A stretch of 64,000 bases of DNA, from NCBI GenBank assembly GCA_947254375.1, contig CAMYCF010000001.1, positions 134,024-198,023 on the forward strand. Direction: 5' to 3'. The position numbers and the translations under genes were made by a program. Source of the stretch: an uncultured Mobilibacterium sp. Its GTDB lineage: Bacteria; Bacillota; Clostridia; Peptostreptococcales; Anaerovoracaceae. Below, piece after piece: positions 27,814 through 38,106 of this stretch (the stretch's first letter is position 1; every line of letters begins with the position of its first letter). Under the pieces are notes generated by a model. The model worked only from the letters and a program-made list of their open reading frames with translations, searched no databases and was not told the origin of the DNA.

Positions 27814-30800
27814 CTAGTTCTTCCCCGCTCTTTTGCGAAGCATAACAGCCAGTCCGAACCCTGCCGCGAGAAGGAGCATTCCCGACATGAGCATGAGTTC
27901 GCCCGACATGTCACCGGTAGCTACTCCCGCTTTTTTGTCGGCAGCCTTAGGCTCAGGAAGTTTGTCATATGTAGCCGTTATCGTCGTATCTTCTTTGAAG
28001 GTGCCTTTGAGCGACTTATCCCAAGCTTTGAACTTATAGCCCTTATTTCCTACGGCATCCTTCGCCGGGATCTCTGCTTCCTTATTAGGATTTACATAGT
28101 ATTTCGCGGCATCGCCTTTTGCGAGTTTACCGTTTTTACCCGGATCCATAGTTACGGTCACATAGCCTGCAGGTTTCTCAACGCCTTCACCCGCGGCGAC
28201 TACACCTTCGATCTCATCGTATGTAGCCTTGATAGTGGTATCATCCTTGAAGGTTCCTTTGAGAGACTTATCCCAGGCTTTGAATTTGTATCCCGTGTTT
28301 CCTACGGCATCCTTTGCACGGATCTCTACTTCCTTCATAGGATTTACGTAGTATTTAGCGGCATCGCCTTCGGCGAGCTTTCCGTTCTTGTCCGGATCAA
28401 TCGTTACGGTCACATACTTCGACGGTTTCTGAACTCCTTCGCCCGCAGCGATCACATCGTCATATACTATATGCTCGTTTCCGAAATCGATGTTCTCCCA
28501 CGCAGGAGGCTCTACTATGTTCATCCAGTAATTAGGTTGATCGTTGTCTCCGAGGATCTTGAGGTTTTTACCCGGTTCTGCCACGCCGATCGTCTCCTTC
28601 GAGATCTTTACGCCCTTGGCGTAAGGCTCTCCCGGTTTTTTATCGGCGCTGTAGGTGTTTCCGCCTTGGAGATATGCGTTTTTAACGCTGACGCTTCCTT
28701 CTCCTGCTACGGCATCCCCGCCGTCACCGTGTTCGCCTCTTCCTCCGATAGCTATGAGCTTTCCGTTTCCCGTGATATTTCCGTTCTTGAGGAATACCGC
28801 AGGCGCACCGCTCGTCGTGGTTGATACCCTGCCTCCGCCGTATACGCCGAGGACAGCTCCTTCAGCTATGTCGAGGTTTCCGTTCTCGACTACGAGTGCA
28901 GGCTGACCCGTGTAAGGCTTGCCCGTCGCGGGATCGTCGCCCGTAGGAGCTTCGTCTCCCCTTACGAAAACGTTTCCGTTTACCTTTACATTTCCCGTTA
29001 CCTTCACTACAGGCTCGACGTTTTTGTTGGCCGTGCCGTTGTCGGTCAGGAAGTTCGTATTTGAATATATGAGCGAGTTATCGAGTACAGCTCCGTCCTT
29101 GAGTTCGAGCTGACCGTTGATCTGCGCTCCGGTCAGATATTTGTTCTCGTGCGGATCGTAGTTCATTTGGAAGGTTCCGCCGTTTTCGACGACGATCTTT
29201 CCGAACATCGAAGAGTCCCGCAGGCAGAGCTTTGCGCCCTTCTTTACGATGACTTTTACTCTGCTCTTGACCTTCATGTTTACGAGTGTAAGGTCGGTTC
29301 CGTCCTCCAGAATAAGCGTCTGTTCAACGCCTTCCGACGACGGTTTTCCGAGCTCGCCGTACATGCCGCTCGTGTGCGATCCGTACCACGCCTTTATGTC
29401 TTTAGGGACCGTTACGGTCTCGTTCAGTCCGCCGAATTCGGCGATGTACCAAGGTTCCATGTCCCACATGTACTTGCCGTCGGCCGTCTGCGTCGCGTTC
29501 TCGATTTTGAGGTAGTCGATGAGCTTCTCGTCGAGTCCGTACACCCTGAAAGGCAGTTCGTTGCTCACGGCCGTGCGTCCGTCCTTGAGGACGAGTTTTA
29601 CTTTTACCTTGTATTCGCCTTTTTTCTTAGGCGTTCCGTTAAGTGTGATCGAACTGTCGTATGTAGAATATACGCCCTTCATGCCCGATTCCGCGTCGAG
29701 GACGATCTCCGTCTTTTCGTGATCGATGTCGAGCCCTTCCGTTTTATTGAGAGGTACCCACGCATCGTCGGCAGGAACGGCATCTTCCTTATCCGTCTCG
29801 GCCGCCAGGACCTGCACGTCGCTGTTTTTATTCGTGCTTACGCTCGTCGTCGCGCCGGATACGCCGTCATACTTCTGCTGGTTTACGACGGCTCCCTCGA
29901 ATTTGCCTACGAGTTTTACCTTGATGAATTTCTGAGGAGTTACAGGTTCGTTGTTGATCTCGACGAATCTTTTACCTTTCTCGTTCGATTTTACATATTT
30001 AAATTGGTGTTTGCTTCCGTCCTTCATTTGGAAAGTCAGAACGTCGCCGTCCTTCGGCTCGTTCATATAGAGAATCTTACTGTCGGTATCTATATAATAT
30101 CCGTCGGTATAAGTCATAAATTTACTGTCTTTTTCCTTCATCGGAACGTCGCCGTTCGATATTCCCGTGATCTTTCCGGCCGTGTCGTCAGGGGTAAAAG
30201 TCATCGTAAAATATACGACTCCGTTTTTATCGGTTATCGTAAAAGACGTCTCTCCGCCCGGCGGTGTAACAGGCGTATCGCCGCCCGAACCTGCAGGCGT
30301 GAATACCTTGCTGCTTTCATCGTAGATGTTGCCCATGAACGCGGTCGGATCCTTGATCGTAAGGCTGAGCGTTCCTTTTGCCGTCTTTATAGCTACCTTA
30401 TCGCCGGCCGACAGTGGCGAAAGCATAATCTGCGCGTTCCCTTCGTCGAGCGAATATTTTCCCCCGTGCGAAAGCTCACCGAAGTTATCGGTCTTTGCGA
30501 AGTCCCTGCCGTTTACGGAAATTCCCGTTATGTCTTTCAGATACTTCGCGTCGTTCACATTTAGTCTGCAGCACGAAAAAGTGTTCGGGGAGCTGCCCGT
30601 TATGTCGATGTGCTCTCCCGCAGCCGGATCCGTGCCCGGTTCCGCTCCGGGATCACCGCCGCCTCCGTTCGGAGTATACACTTTGCTTTCTTTATCGTAT
30701 ATGTCACCCATCAACGTATCCGGGTTATTGACAGTGAGACTGAGCGTTCCTTCATCCGTAAAGATCTTGACCTTGTCACCTTCGTTGAACTTAGAAAACT

Positions 30801-31095
30801 GGATCTCGCTATCGCTCTCGCTGAGGCGATATTTACCTGTGCCCCAAAGCGAGCCCGTTACCGGTATCTTCTCCCAGGTCTTCTCGTTTACCGTGATCTT
30901 GGTGATCTTATCGAGATATTTGCCGTCATTCAGCTTAAGACTGCAACTCGAAAACCCGCCCCTGCTCCCGACCACGTCGATATGTTCGGCGCTGTCGGCA
31001 AAAGCTATCGATGATGCCGGTAAAATCGACGATATGACCATCGCCGCGCCCATCATGATCACCGCAAGCTTTTTGATAAGCTTATCCTTAACCAT
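27814..31095 (-). CDS. Large (about 1093 aa) secreted cell-surface protein. It has a signal peptide, N-terminal duplicated ~130-aa modules, a central parallel beta-helix-like repeat region, and two C-terminal ~70-aa tandem repeats. The C-terminus ends in VATGD + hydrophobic segment + RKRAGKN, a putative sorting signal. Start at ATG 31095 with RBS AGGAGG.
   Basis: Signal peptide MVKDKLIKKLAVIMMGAAMVISSILPASSIAFA. Gly-rich beta-helix repeats: GNGKLIAIGGRGEHGDGGDAVAGEGSVSVKNAYLQGG. Near-identical DNA repeats at about 28000-28440. Confidence 0.75.
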   Translation of the reverse strand: MVKDKLIKKLAVIMMGAAMVISSILPASSIAFADSAEHIDVVGSRGGFSSCSLKLNDGKYLDKITKITVNEKTWEKIPVTGSLWGTGKYRLSESDSEIQFSKFNEGDKVKIFTDEGTLSLTVNNPDTLMGDIYDKESKVYTPNGGGGDPGAEPGTDPAAGEHIDITGSSPNTFSCCRLNVNDAKYLKDITGISVNGRDFAKTDNFGELSHGGKYSLDEGNAQIMLSPLSAGDKVAIKTAKGTLSLTIKDPTAFMGNIYDESSKVFTPAGSGGDTPVTPPGGETSFTITDKNGVVYFTMTFTPDDTAGKITGISNGDVPMKEKDSKFMTYTDGYYIDTDSKILYMNEPKDGDVLTFQMKDGSKHQFKYVKSNEKGKRFVEINNEPVTPQKFIKVKLVGKFEGAVVNQQKYDGVSGATTSVSTNKNSDVQVLAAETDKEDAVPADDAWVPLNKTEGLDIDHEKTEIVLDAESGMKGVYSTYDSSITLNGTPKKKGEYKVKVKLVLKDGRTAVSNELPFRVYGLDEKLIDYLKIENATQTADGKYMWDMEPWYIAEFGGLNETVTVPKDIKAWYGSHTSGMYGELGKPSSEGVEQTLILEDGTDLTLVNMKVKSRVKVIVKKGAKLCLRDSSMFGKIVVENGGTFQMNYDPHENKYLTGAQINGQLELKDGAVLDNSLIYSNTNFLTDNGTANKNVEPVVKVTGNVKVNGNVFVRGDEAPTGDDPATGKPYTGQPALVVENGNLDIAEGAVLGVYGGGRVSTTTSGAPAVFLKNGNITGNGKLIAIGGRGEHGDGGDAVAGEGSVSVKNAYLQGGNTYSADKKPGEPYAKGVKISKETIGVAEPGKNLKILGDNDQPNYWMNIVEPPAWENIDFGNEHIVYDDVIAAGEGVQKPSKYVTVTIDPDKNGKLAEGDAAKYYVNPMKEVEIRAKDAVGNTGYKFKAWDKSLKGTFKDDTTIKATYDEIEGVVAAGEGVEKPAGYVTVTMDPGKNGKLAKGDAAKYYVNPNKEAEIPAKDAVGNKGYKFKAWDKSLKGTFKEDTTITATYDKLPEPKAADKKAGVATGDMSGELMLMSGMLLLAAGFGLAVMLRKRAGKN

Positions 31096-31323
31096 TTGAC
31101 CTCCTAAAAATTTGCAAAAAAAATATAACCTACAGTTAGTACTCACTAACCATGATAACAGTTATCTAACTTATGTCAATACGATTTTTATCCGCCGCAG
31201 GGCCTTATGCGAAGATCGTCTTTTTACGGGCATAAAAGCGGTAAAAAAGCGGACCGAAGCCCTCGCCTCAGGTCCGCCTTTTACGTCAGCCGTTATTAAA
31301 AATTTTTACCGATCAATGACCGA

Positions 31324-33042
31324 TCAATACTTATACGCCTCCGTCAGCCCCGATCTCTCGATAAGGCGTCTGTAAAGCGCCGAGCTCTCCATGAGCTCCT
31401 CGTGTTTCCCCGCCATTTCGACATTGCCGTCGTTCAGGAGGACAATCTTATCGACATTCTGTATCGACCTAAGCCTGTGCGAGATGATCATGACCGTCTT
31501 GTCCTTGATTAGTCTGTTCAGGCTCTGCTGTATCTTGTATTCGTTCTCGACGTCAAGCGATGCGGCTATCTCGTCGAGCAGGATTATCGGTGCGTTTTTG
31601 AGTATCGCTCTTGCGATCGATATCCTCTGCCTCTCGCCGCCGGAAAGCTTCGCGCCGTTTTCGCCGATCTGCGTGTCATAGCCTTCAGGCAGTCTCGCCG
31701 CTATCTCGTCGACGTTCGCGAGTTTTGCAGCCTCTATGACTTCTTCGTCGGTCGCATCTTTCCTTCCGAGGCGGATGTTCTCGAGTATCGACGTATCGAA
31801 GAGGTCGACGTTCTGAAATACGATAGATATATTATCGTAAAGCGAATTGACGCTTATGCCTTTTATCTCTTTTCCGCCGATCGTTATCTCTCCGCTGTCG
31901 TAGTCGTAAAGCCTCGATATCAAGCGGAGTATCGTCGTTTTGCCGCAGCCGGACGGTCCGACGAGAGCCGTGACCTCGCCCTGTTTCGCCGTAAAAGTCG
32001 CTCCTTTTATCACCTTGTTGTCCGAATATCCGAAGCCGACGTTTTTAAGGGATATGTCGAAGCTGTCGATCTTCTCGTCCCTCCCCTCCTGAACGGGCTC
32101 GCTTCTGAGATTTCTTATCCTCTCGAAGCTGTCCTCGAAGAAGATGATCATTACGATATATTCGTTGATCGAGGCGTACTGAGACGAAAGCGTGGTCGCC
32201 GCCATAAGGTAACCGGCGTAATAGAGTATGTCGATTTTGCCGGAGTTGAAGAGAACGGCTCCGACCACGGCGACGAGTACCGGTGCTAGGAGCGGCAGGA
32301 AACCGATCAGCGTGCTGAGGAATCCCATGCCGAACTCGGCTTTGAGGTGGCGCTTTTCCGTGTCTTCAAGCTTTTTAGAAACTTCTTTATCGACCTCGTC
32401 CCTGAGGGAATAGCTTTTTATCTCTTCCTGCATCTCGAACGCTTCCTGGAACGCGGCGGAATTGTCAAGCATTTTATTGTAATATACCGTGACGTTCTTT
32501 CTGAGCTTTTTACGCGACAGGAACATCACCCATATGGCGCCCCAGATCGGCAGCGTCGCCGAAAGTCCGAGAAGCGGCTGCGTGATTATTAGGAGTATCG
32601 TCATCACGAAGAAGAACAACAGGAAGCCTATCCCCGGCGGGAGCGAGTGCGAGATCGCGATCTCGGCGTTGCTCACATCCATCATTACGGTCTGCGAAAG
32701 GTCCGTGAGGTCGTGCTTCGAAAAGTACGACAGCGGCAGGCTTTTCAGCTTGTTTGCGATGGCAATCCTGAGGTTCGCGCTTTCCTTGAAAGTGACGTCG
32801 TATTGGAGCACATACTCCTTGAGCATTATAAGGAACGATACGACGAATATCACCGCCAGTATTCCCATGTACACGTACGTCGGTTTGATCTTGTCCTTCG
32901 TGTAGTCCATCAAAAATGCGAAGACGAGCATCGGGGTAAAAACGTATGTAAGGAATTTGAGGAACGAAAAGCGGGCGGCGACGAATATGTTCTTCATTCC
33001 CTCTTCGGTAAAACCGAAAAATGCGCTTAATTTTTTCTTCAT
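31324..33042 (-). CDS. ABC exporter half-transporter (TMD-NBD), type I exporter fold. ATG at 33042 forms an ATGA overlap with the upstream gene.
   Basis: Walker A GPSGCGKTT, signature LSGGERQRISIARA, Walker B IILLDEIAASLD. 6 TM N-terminal domain. Confidence 0.85.
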   Translation of the reverse strand: MKKKLSAFFGFTEEGMKNIFVAARFSFLKFLTYVFTPMLVFAFLMDYTKDKIKPTYVYMGILAVIFVVSFLIMLKEYVLQYDVTFKESANLRIAIANKLKSLPLSYFSKHDLTDLSQTVMMDVSNAEIAISHSLPPGIGFLLFFFVMTILLIITQPLLGLSATLPIWGAIWVMFLSRKKLRKNVTVYYNKMLDNSAAFQEAFEMQEEIKSYSLRDEVDKEVSKKLEDTEKRHLKAEFGMGFLSTLIGFLPLLAPVLVAVVGAVLFNSGKIDILYYAGYLMAATTLSSQYASINEYIVMIIFFEDSFERIRNLRSEPVQEGRDEKIDSFDISLKNVGFGYSDNKVIKGATFTAKQGEVTALVGPSGCGKTTILRLISRLYDYDSGEITIGGKEIKGISVNSLYDNISIVFQNVDLFDTSILENIRLGRKDATDEEVIEAAKLANVDEIAARLPEGYDTQIGENGAKLSGGERQRISIARAILKNAPIILLDEIAASLDVENEYKIQQSLNRLIKDKTVMIISHRLRSIQNVDKIVLLNDGNVEMAGKHEELMESSALYRRLIERSGLTEAYKY

Positions 33043-34790
33043 CTCGCTACCCTCCACTCGCTCGCCTGTTTGAACAGATCCTGGAACCGCTTGTAACGGC
33101 CGCCCTCAGCCATGAGCTCGGCGTGAGTTCCCCTTTCGATCGCTTTGCCGTCCTCGATAAAAAGGATCTCGTCCACGTCGTGGATCCCGGACAGCCTGTG
33201 CGCTATCATTATTACGGTCTTCCCCTTCATGAGTTCCGTGAAGGCCCTCTGGAGCTCGTACTCGTTGTCCGGGTCGTTCGCGGCACTCGCCTCGTCGAGT
33301 ATGACTATTGGCGAGTCTTTAAGTATCGCCCTCGCTATCGCTATCCTCTGGACCTCTCCGCCTGAAAGGTGGACGCCCTTTGCGCCGATCATCGTGTCTT
33401 CGCGTGTCTCGAACTTATCGAGGATGTCGCTGCACTGCGCGGCTTCGAGGGCTTTCATGACCTCTTCCCTGCTTTTATTCGGATCTCCGATCTGAACGTT
33501 ATCGTAGATGCTCATTTTAAAAAGCTTTGAATCCTGGAAGATAAAAGCGATGTTTCTCTCGAGCGTCCCGGATGTGTACTCCGTTATATCGTGCCCCCCG
33601 ATACGGAGTGATCCTCCCCTTACCGGGTAAAAACCGGATATCAGCTTGGCTATCGTCGACTTCCCGCCGCCGGACGAGCCCACAAGGGCGTATCTCCTGT
33701 TGCCCGGAAGCTTCAGTGAGAAGTTCTCGAGGACGTTCGAGCATTCTTCATATCCGAATGTAACGTTCCTGAACTCGATGTCGTTGTTATCCATTTCGGT
33801 AAGGCTGCCCGTCGACAGTTTATCCTTATCCATGCTCTCGAAAACGCCCTCGAGCTTCGTCAGCGTATCGTTTGCGAGCGAAAAATTCTTCTGGAAGAAC
33901 ATTATTTTTACGAATGCGTTAAAAAGCAATCCGGCGAAGGCCATTACAAAGACGACAAGCGTTATGACGGCTCCCGTCTCCGCTCCTCCGTCTATCCTTT
34001 TTACGGCGATCGGTATCATGAAGGCGGCGAAGTTCATCATTATGCACTGGAACATGATGAACGGTATCTTGCACGTTTTGCACTGCTTATTTACCACCTC
34101 GGAATATTTCGTGATCGCCTGATACAGCTTTTCGAACGATTCGATGACCGTGTCGAAGATCTTTATGACCTGGATCCCCCTGACGTATTCGACCGTCTGC
34201 GAATTGATGTCCTCTAAGGCTTCCATATATTCGCGCATCATGGCCTCGCTGCTCCCGCCGTACATGAATTTGAAGCATATCATTGCGGCGACGATCGCGA
34301 GGATGACGAGTATGCCGATCTCATAGCCCGCATAGAACGCGAGAGCGATGAGACATATCGGGAAAAGTATCGCGTTCACCGTGTCAGGCAGTACATGTGC
34401 GACGATCGTGTGCGTGTTTGCGGAATTGTCGTCGATTATCTTTCTCGTCCTACCCGACGTGTTCACGTCGAAGAAGGAGAATCCCGCATCGAGCAGATGT
34501 CTCAGACCCGCCTTCTTCAGATTCGTCTCTATCCTGAATGCGAAGACGTGGCTGCAGATGAGCGCGAAAAAGTATGTCAATCCGTACAGAAGCGTCGCGA
34601 TCATCATCATGATCGCTATATGCTTAACGGTACCGACATCGGCGCTCCCCGTCATCTCCGACAGGATCTGCCAGAAGAAATAGTACGGAAGGAATGACAG
34701 GATAGTGGCTACGCCCGAAAGGATCATGGCCGCTGCCATAAATCCCTTCTTCTCGCCCCCGTACGAAAACAGCTTTCTGAAAACAGCCAT
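33039..34790 (-). CDS. ABC exporter half-transporter (TMD-NBD), partner of the preceding gene; a likely heterodimeric exporter. Start at ATG 34790 (MAVFRKL).
   Basis: Walker A GSSGGGKST, signature LSGGEVQRIAIARA, Walker B IVILDEASAANDPD. Confidence 0.85.
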   Translation of the reverse strand: MAVFRKLFSYGGEKKGFMAAAMILSGVATILSFLPYYFFWQILSEMTGSADVGTVKHIAIMMMIATLLYGLTYFFALICSHVFAFRIETNLKKAGLRHLLDAGFSFFDVNTSGRTRKIIDDNSANTHTIVAHVLPDTVNAILFPICLIALAFYAGYEIGILVILAIVAAMICFKFMYGGSSEAMMREYMEALEDINSQTVEYVRGIQVIKIFDTVIESFEKLYQAITKYSEVVNKQCKTCKIPFIMFQCIMMNFAAFMIPIAVKRIDGGAETGAVITLVVFVMAFAGLLFNAFVKIMFFQKNFSLANDTLTKLEGVFESMDKDKLSTGSLTEMDNNDIEFRNVTFGYEECSNVLENFSLKLPGNRRYALVGSSGGGKSTIAKLISGFYPVRGGSLRIGGHDITEYTSGTLERNIAFIFQDSKLFKMSIYDNVQIGDPNKSREEVMKALEAAQCSDILDKFETREDTMIGAKGVHLSGGEVQRIAIARAILKDSPIVILDEASAANDPDNEYELQRAFTELMKGKTVIMIAHRLSGIHDVDEILFIEDGKAIERGTHAELMAEGGRYKRFQDLFKQASEWRVAR

Positions 34791-34791
34791 T

Positions 34792-35379
34792 CTAAGCCTC
34801 CTTGAAATGCTTTTTGAGTATCTTATGACCGAGGTATATGCCGATAAAAGCCATGACAAATACTATTATCGTGCACGTCACGCCCCAGGCGCCGCTCGTG
34901 TATTTTATCTGAGCGTCCACTTGCGCGGCGGTCTGTCCCCTTTTTACCCACGTCTCCTTATACTTTGAAGCGAAAAACATCGCAGGTATGACAGCTCCCC
35001 AGATCTGGCCTACCGCCATGATCCCTGAAGCGACCGCGAGTTTAGGCAGCTTTACGTCCTTCGATCCGGATGCGATGAAATCCGCTATTATTGCAGCTAA
35101 AGCCGATGTAATGAACCACGGCAGATACGAGCCCCCGAAAAGCGCCATTGCGCCCATCATCAAAAGCGTCATGAGCGTGAACTGCCACATCTTGCCGATC
35201 TTTCTGCTCATGAAGTACAGCACCGTCCCGCCGAGCAGGTAGCAGATCCCCGGGCTTATCGAATGTCCCAGAGCGCCGAGCGGTGTTATAAGAAGCACCG
35301 ACAGCATGTATATCAGTACGAATAACGCCGTGAGGAGCGCTATAAGCATCACATCTTTAACCTTGAGTCTGTTGTTCAT
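34792..35379 (-). CDS. Trep_Strep/MptD-family putative ECF transporter S component.
   Basis: 195 aa, strongly hydrophobic, 5-6 TM. Basic C-terminal motif HKILKKHFKEA as described for this family. Embedded between the ECF A/T genes and the ABC exporter pair. Strong RBS GGAGGA. Overlaps the EcfA stop by 23 nt. Confidence 0.65.
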   Translation of the reverse strand: MNNRLKVKDVMLIALLTALFVLIYMLSVLLITPLGALGHSISPGICYLLGGTVLYFMSRKIGKMWQFTLMTLLMMGAMALFGGSYLPWFITSALAAIIADFIASGSKDVKLPKLAVASGIMAVGQIWGAVIPAMFFASKYKETWVKRGQTAAQVDAQIKYTSGAWGVTCTIIVFVMAFIGIYLGHKILKKHFKEA

Positions 35380-36784
35380 AAAATTCCTCCATTTCCCTGT
35401 AAATGCCGTTGAGTTTTCCTATATTTTCTTTGGTGAGGCAGAAATCCTCGCCGATTTTTTTATCCCTGATAAAAACGACGCGGTCCGCCACCTTCCTTAT
35501 GAACTCGTAATCGTGTGTGCTCACGACCACGGTACATTCTTTTTTCAGAGTCTCGATGACGTCCGCGACCATTTCCATCGACTCTTTGTCGAGGCCGCTC
35601 GTCGGTTCATCGAGAATCACCGTCCCCATGTCGCTCACAAGAGCGAGCGCGAGCTGGAGCCTCTGCTTCTGTCCTCCCGAAAGCATCTGCGGGTGCTTGT
35701 CCTTATACGGCAGAAGCCCGAGCCGTTCGAGGGCTTTTAGGTTCCGATCCTCGTCCTTGCAGTTGATCGCGAGCTCCGACATGCACGAATATCCGAAGAG
35801 CTGAAAGTCGGCCTCCTGAAGTATGTAGAGGACCCTGTCGTCTGTCTTGATCTTTCCGGAATCCGGTTTTACCGCCTTCGATATGAGCTTCGCGAGCGTC
35901 GTTTTACCGGCGCCGTTCACACCGACTACGGCTGTCACCTCTCCTTTGTTGAATCCGACGCTTAAGTGTTCCAGTATCCCCTTATAAGAGACGTCCTCCA
36001 CGGAAACACTTCTTTCGCCGCCCCTTTGTATCTCTCTTTCCCCGTAATCTCCGTCGAAAATATCCGTTATCCTCGACGCATATCCCGAACCGAGGAACTC
36101 GCTCTCGGACGAAAATTTTCTGACGCTCCGCCCGTCCACGAGCCACACCTCGTCAATGATGCCGCGAAGATAGAAGCACCTGTGATCTGCCACGACGACG
36201 GTCTTTCCCTTTTTCTTCAGTTCCGCTATCTCTTTTGAGAGCCTCATCGCGTTCCCGTAATCGAGATTTGCCGACGGCTCGTCGAAGATCACGGCATCCG
36301 GCTTCGTTATCAGGACCGACAGGAGCGCGAGCAGCTGCCTTTCCCCCGACGACATCCCGAAGATATCCCTGTCCATAAGATAGCCGACGTTGAATTCTTC
36401 GACCGTTTCATCGAGGCGGCGACTTATCTCTTCCCTGCCGACGCCGTAGTTCTCCATTGCGAACACCATTTCCGCCGTCGTATCAGTCGTAAAAAACTGG
36501 CTCCGCGGGTTCTGGAAAACGTTCCCGAGTATGCGGCTCTTCTCGTATATCGGCAGGTCCTTTTTACCGCCGACCTCGAGCTTTCCCGAGAGCTCCCCCT
36601 CGGTCACCTCCGGGATGATCCCGTTTATTATGTTGAGGAGTGTCGACTTTCCGGAGCCGCTTTTACCGGTGATAAAAATCAGCTTTCCTTCTTCCGCCGT
36701 AAAATCAGCCCCTTCGATCGCAGGTTCTTTTTCGTCCTCGTATACGAATGATATGTCTTCGCCTTTTATCAGATCCCGCATCAT
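35357..36784 (-). CDS. ECF transporter energizing module with two fused ABC ATPase domains (EcfA-EcfA').
   Basis: Two Walker A motifs (GKSGSGKSTLL, GVNGAGKTTLA), two signature motifs (SGGERQLLAL, LSGGQKQRLQLA) and two Walker B motifs. Confidence 0.85.
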   Translation of the reverse strand: MMRDLIKGEDISFVYEDEKEPAIEGADFTAEEGKLIFITGKSGSGKSTLLNIINGIIPEVTEGELSGKLEVGGKKDLPIYEKSRILGNVFQNPRSQFFTTDTTAEMVFAMENYGVGREEISRRLDETVEEFNVGYLMDRDIFGMSSGERQLLALLSVLITKPDAVIFDEPSANLDYGNAMRLSKEIAELKKKGKTVVVADHRCFYLRGIIDEVWLVDGRSVRKFSSESEFLGSGYASRITDIFDGDYGEREIQRGGERSVSVEDVSYKGILEHLSVGFNKGEVTAVVGVNGAGKTTLAKLISKAVKPDSGKIKTDDRVLYILQEADFQLFGYSCMSELAINCKDEDRNLKALERLGLLPYKDKHPQMLSGGQKQRLQLALALVSDMGTVILDEPTSGLDKESMEMVADVIETLKKECTVVVSTHDYEFIRKVADRVVFIRDKKIGEDFCLTKENIGKLNGIYREMEEFYEQQTQG

Positions 36785-37404
36785 ACGACGCCTCCAGCTA
36801 CTATCCCGAATCCTACGAAAAAAATGACGAAGGCCGCATAGTCCATAGGTCCCATTATCTGCTCGAAATAGTTCGTCCTCCTGCCCGGCGCGCTTATCCC
36901 CTTCGTGAGGCCGGCCGCCGTAAGTTCGCCGCTCAGGCTGAGACAGCGAAACAGCTGCGGAACGATCAGATATTCGAACGTCCTGATCGGATGCAGAAAC
37001 GAAAGCCCGACTCCTCTCGTTTCCATAGAGCTCCTGATCACCTTAAATTCGCGGGCAAAAGTCGGTATGTATCTCAGCGTGACCGTGATCCCGACCACGA
37101 AGATCTTGTGCAGCTTAAGCTTCTGCAGTGCGGCCAGTATCTCCGACGAGTTGTACTCGGTTATGAGGACCGATGCCAGCACCAGGCAAGGCACGAACAT
37201 GAGCGTCATGCGAAAAGCCATTATTACCGACGGACTTTTCGAGTACATCCCCGAAAGGATAAAAAGCGTCAGGAATATCGCGACAAATACCGCCGTTTTA
37301 AAAAGTCTCCGGTAAAGCCCTTCCATGATCATCACGGCGCCCGCGAAGATCAGCATAAAAAACACGTTTTCCTGCGTCGGAAACATGCTGTTCAGTATCG
37401 GCAT
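36781..37404 (-). CDS. ECF transporter transmembrane T component (EcfT/CbiQ family). Its start may lie slightly upstream.
   Basis: 207 aa, polytopic. Conserved Arg-containing coupling helices (ETRGVGL..., RCLSLSGELTAAGLTKG). 4-nt overlap with the EcfAA' start. Confidence 0.65.
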   Translation of the reverse strand: MPILNSMFPTQENVFFMLIFAGAVMIMEGLYRRLFKTAVFVAIFLTLFILSGMYSKSPSVIMAFRMTLMFVPCLVLASVLITEYNSSEILAALQKLKLHKIFVVGITVTLRYIPTFAREFKVIRSSMETRGVGLSFLHPIRTFEYLIVPQLFRCLSLSGELTAAGLTKGISAPGRRTNYFEQIMGPMDYAAFVIFFVGFGIVAGGVV

Positions 37405-37465
37405 CGCGACGTTCAGAAGGAATATCGTAAGCGCTGTCAGTTTTCTTTTACGCGTATTAACTACA

Positions 37466-38062
37466 TTACTTGATGTTAACGATTGCAGCTTTCATCATCT
37501 CCCTGATAACTTCTCTGTTTTCGCGGAACCTTTCCGCCGCGCCGAGGTTGTTCGCGCCCAAAATAAAAGCATTTATAATGTCGGTCAGCAAGAAGAACCC
37601 GCTGTCGTCTATCCCTTCCGCAACGACGTTTTTCGAAAAAAACTCAGTAAGTTCTTTCTTTGACTTTGCGACTATCGTCCCGAAAAGCTCCCTCAGCTCC
37701 GGGTCGTATTTGAGCTCGCCGAGCAGCATTACGTACAGATCCATGAGCGGATTGTCGTCGAGGACCTTGTCCGTGATCAGATCGGCGATCATCTCCGGGT
37801 CGGTCACCCTGCGCGGGTCGGTCCCGAACTCTTTGAGATGATCCGACATGATATCCATTCTGTATCTGTTTCCTTCCATACAGAGATCGATTATCATTTC
37901 GTGCGTGTTGCTGTAATAGTGGTAAACTCCGCCCTTTGAAAGAGTCGTCCGTGCGATCACGTCCTCCATTGTCGTCTTCGAAAAGCCCTTCTCGAGAAAA
38001 ACCTCCCTTGCGGCCTCGAGGATCTCCGATTTTCGGTTTTCTTTGCTCAATCGCTTTGTCAT
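37466..38062 (-). CDS. TetR/AcrR-family transcriptional regulator, first gene of the ECF/ABC operon.
   Basis: N-terminal HTH: ILEAAREVFLEKGFSKTTMEDVIARTTLSKGGVYHYYSNTHEM. Confidence 0.85.
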   Translation of the reverse strand: MTKRLSKENRKSEILEAAREVFLEKGFSKTTMEDVIARTTLSKGGVYHYYSNTHEMIIDLCMEGNRYRMDIMSDHLKEFGTDPRRVTDPEMIADLITDKVLDDNPLMDLYVMLLGELKYDPELRELFGTIVAKSKKELTEFFSKNVVAEGIDDSGFFLLTDIINAFILGANNLGAAERFRENREVIREMMKAAIVNIK

Positions 38063-38106
38063 CCGTAAAAACCTCCGGCGCCTCTACCGACGCCCGCGTC
38101 GATAGC

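Noticed and set aside
33039-35379. Large gene overlaps from the raw ORF calls: ABC 34859 over the S component, and ABC2 33057 over ABC1.
   Set aside because: Resolved by choosing internal ATG starts with good RBSs (34790 and 33042). This gives the ATGA-type 4-nt overlaps typical of operons. The 23-nt EcfA/S-component overlap is retained because the S-component ATG at 35379 has a strong GGAGGA RBS.
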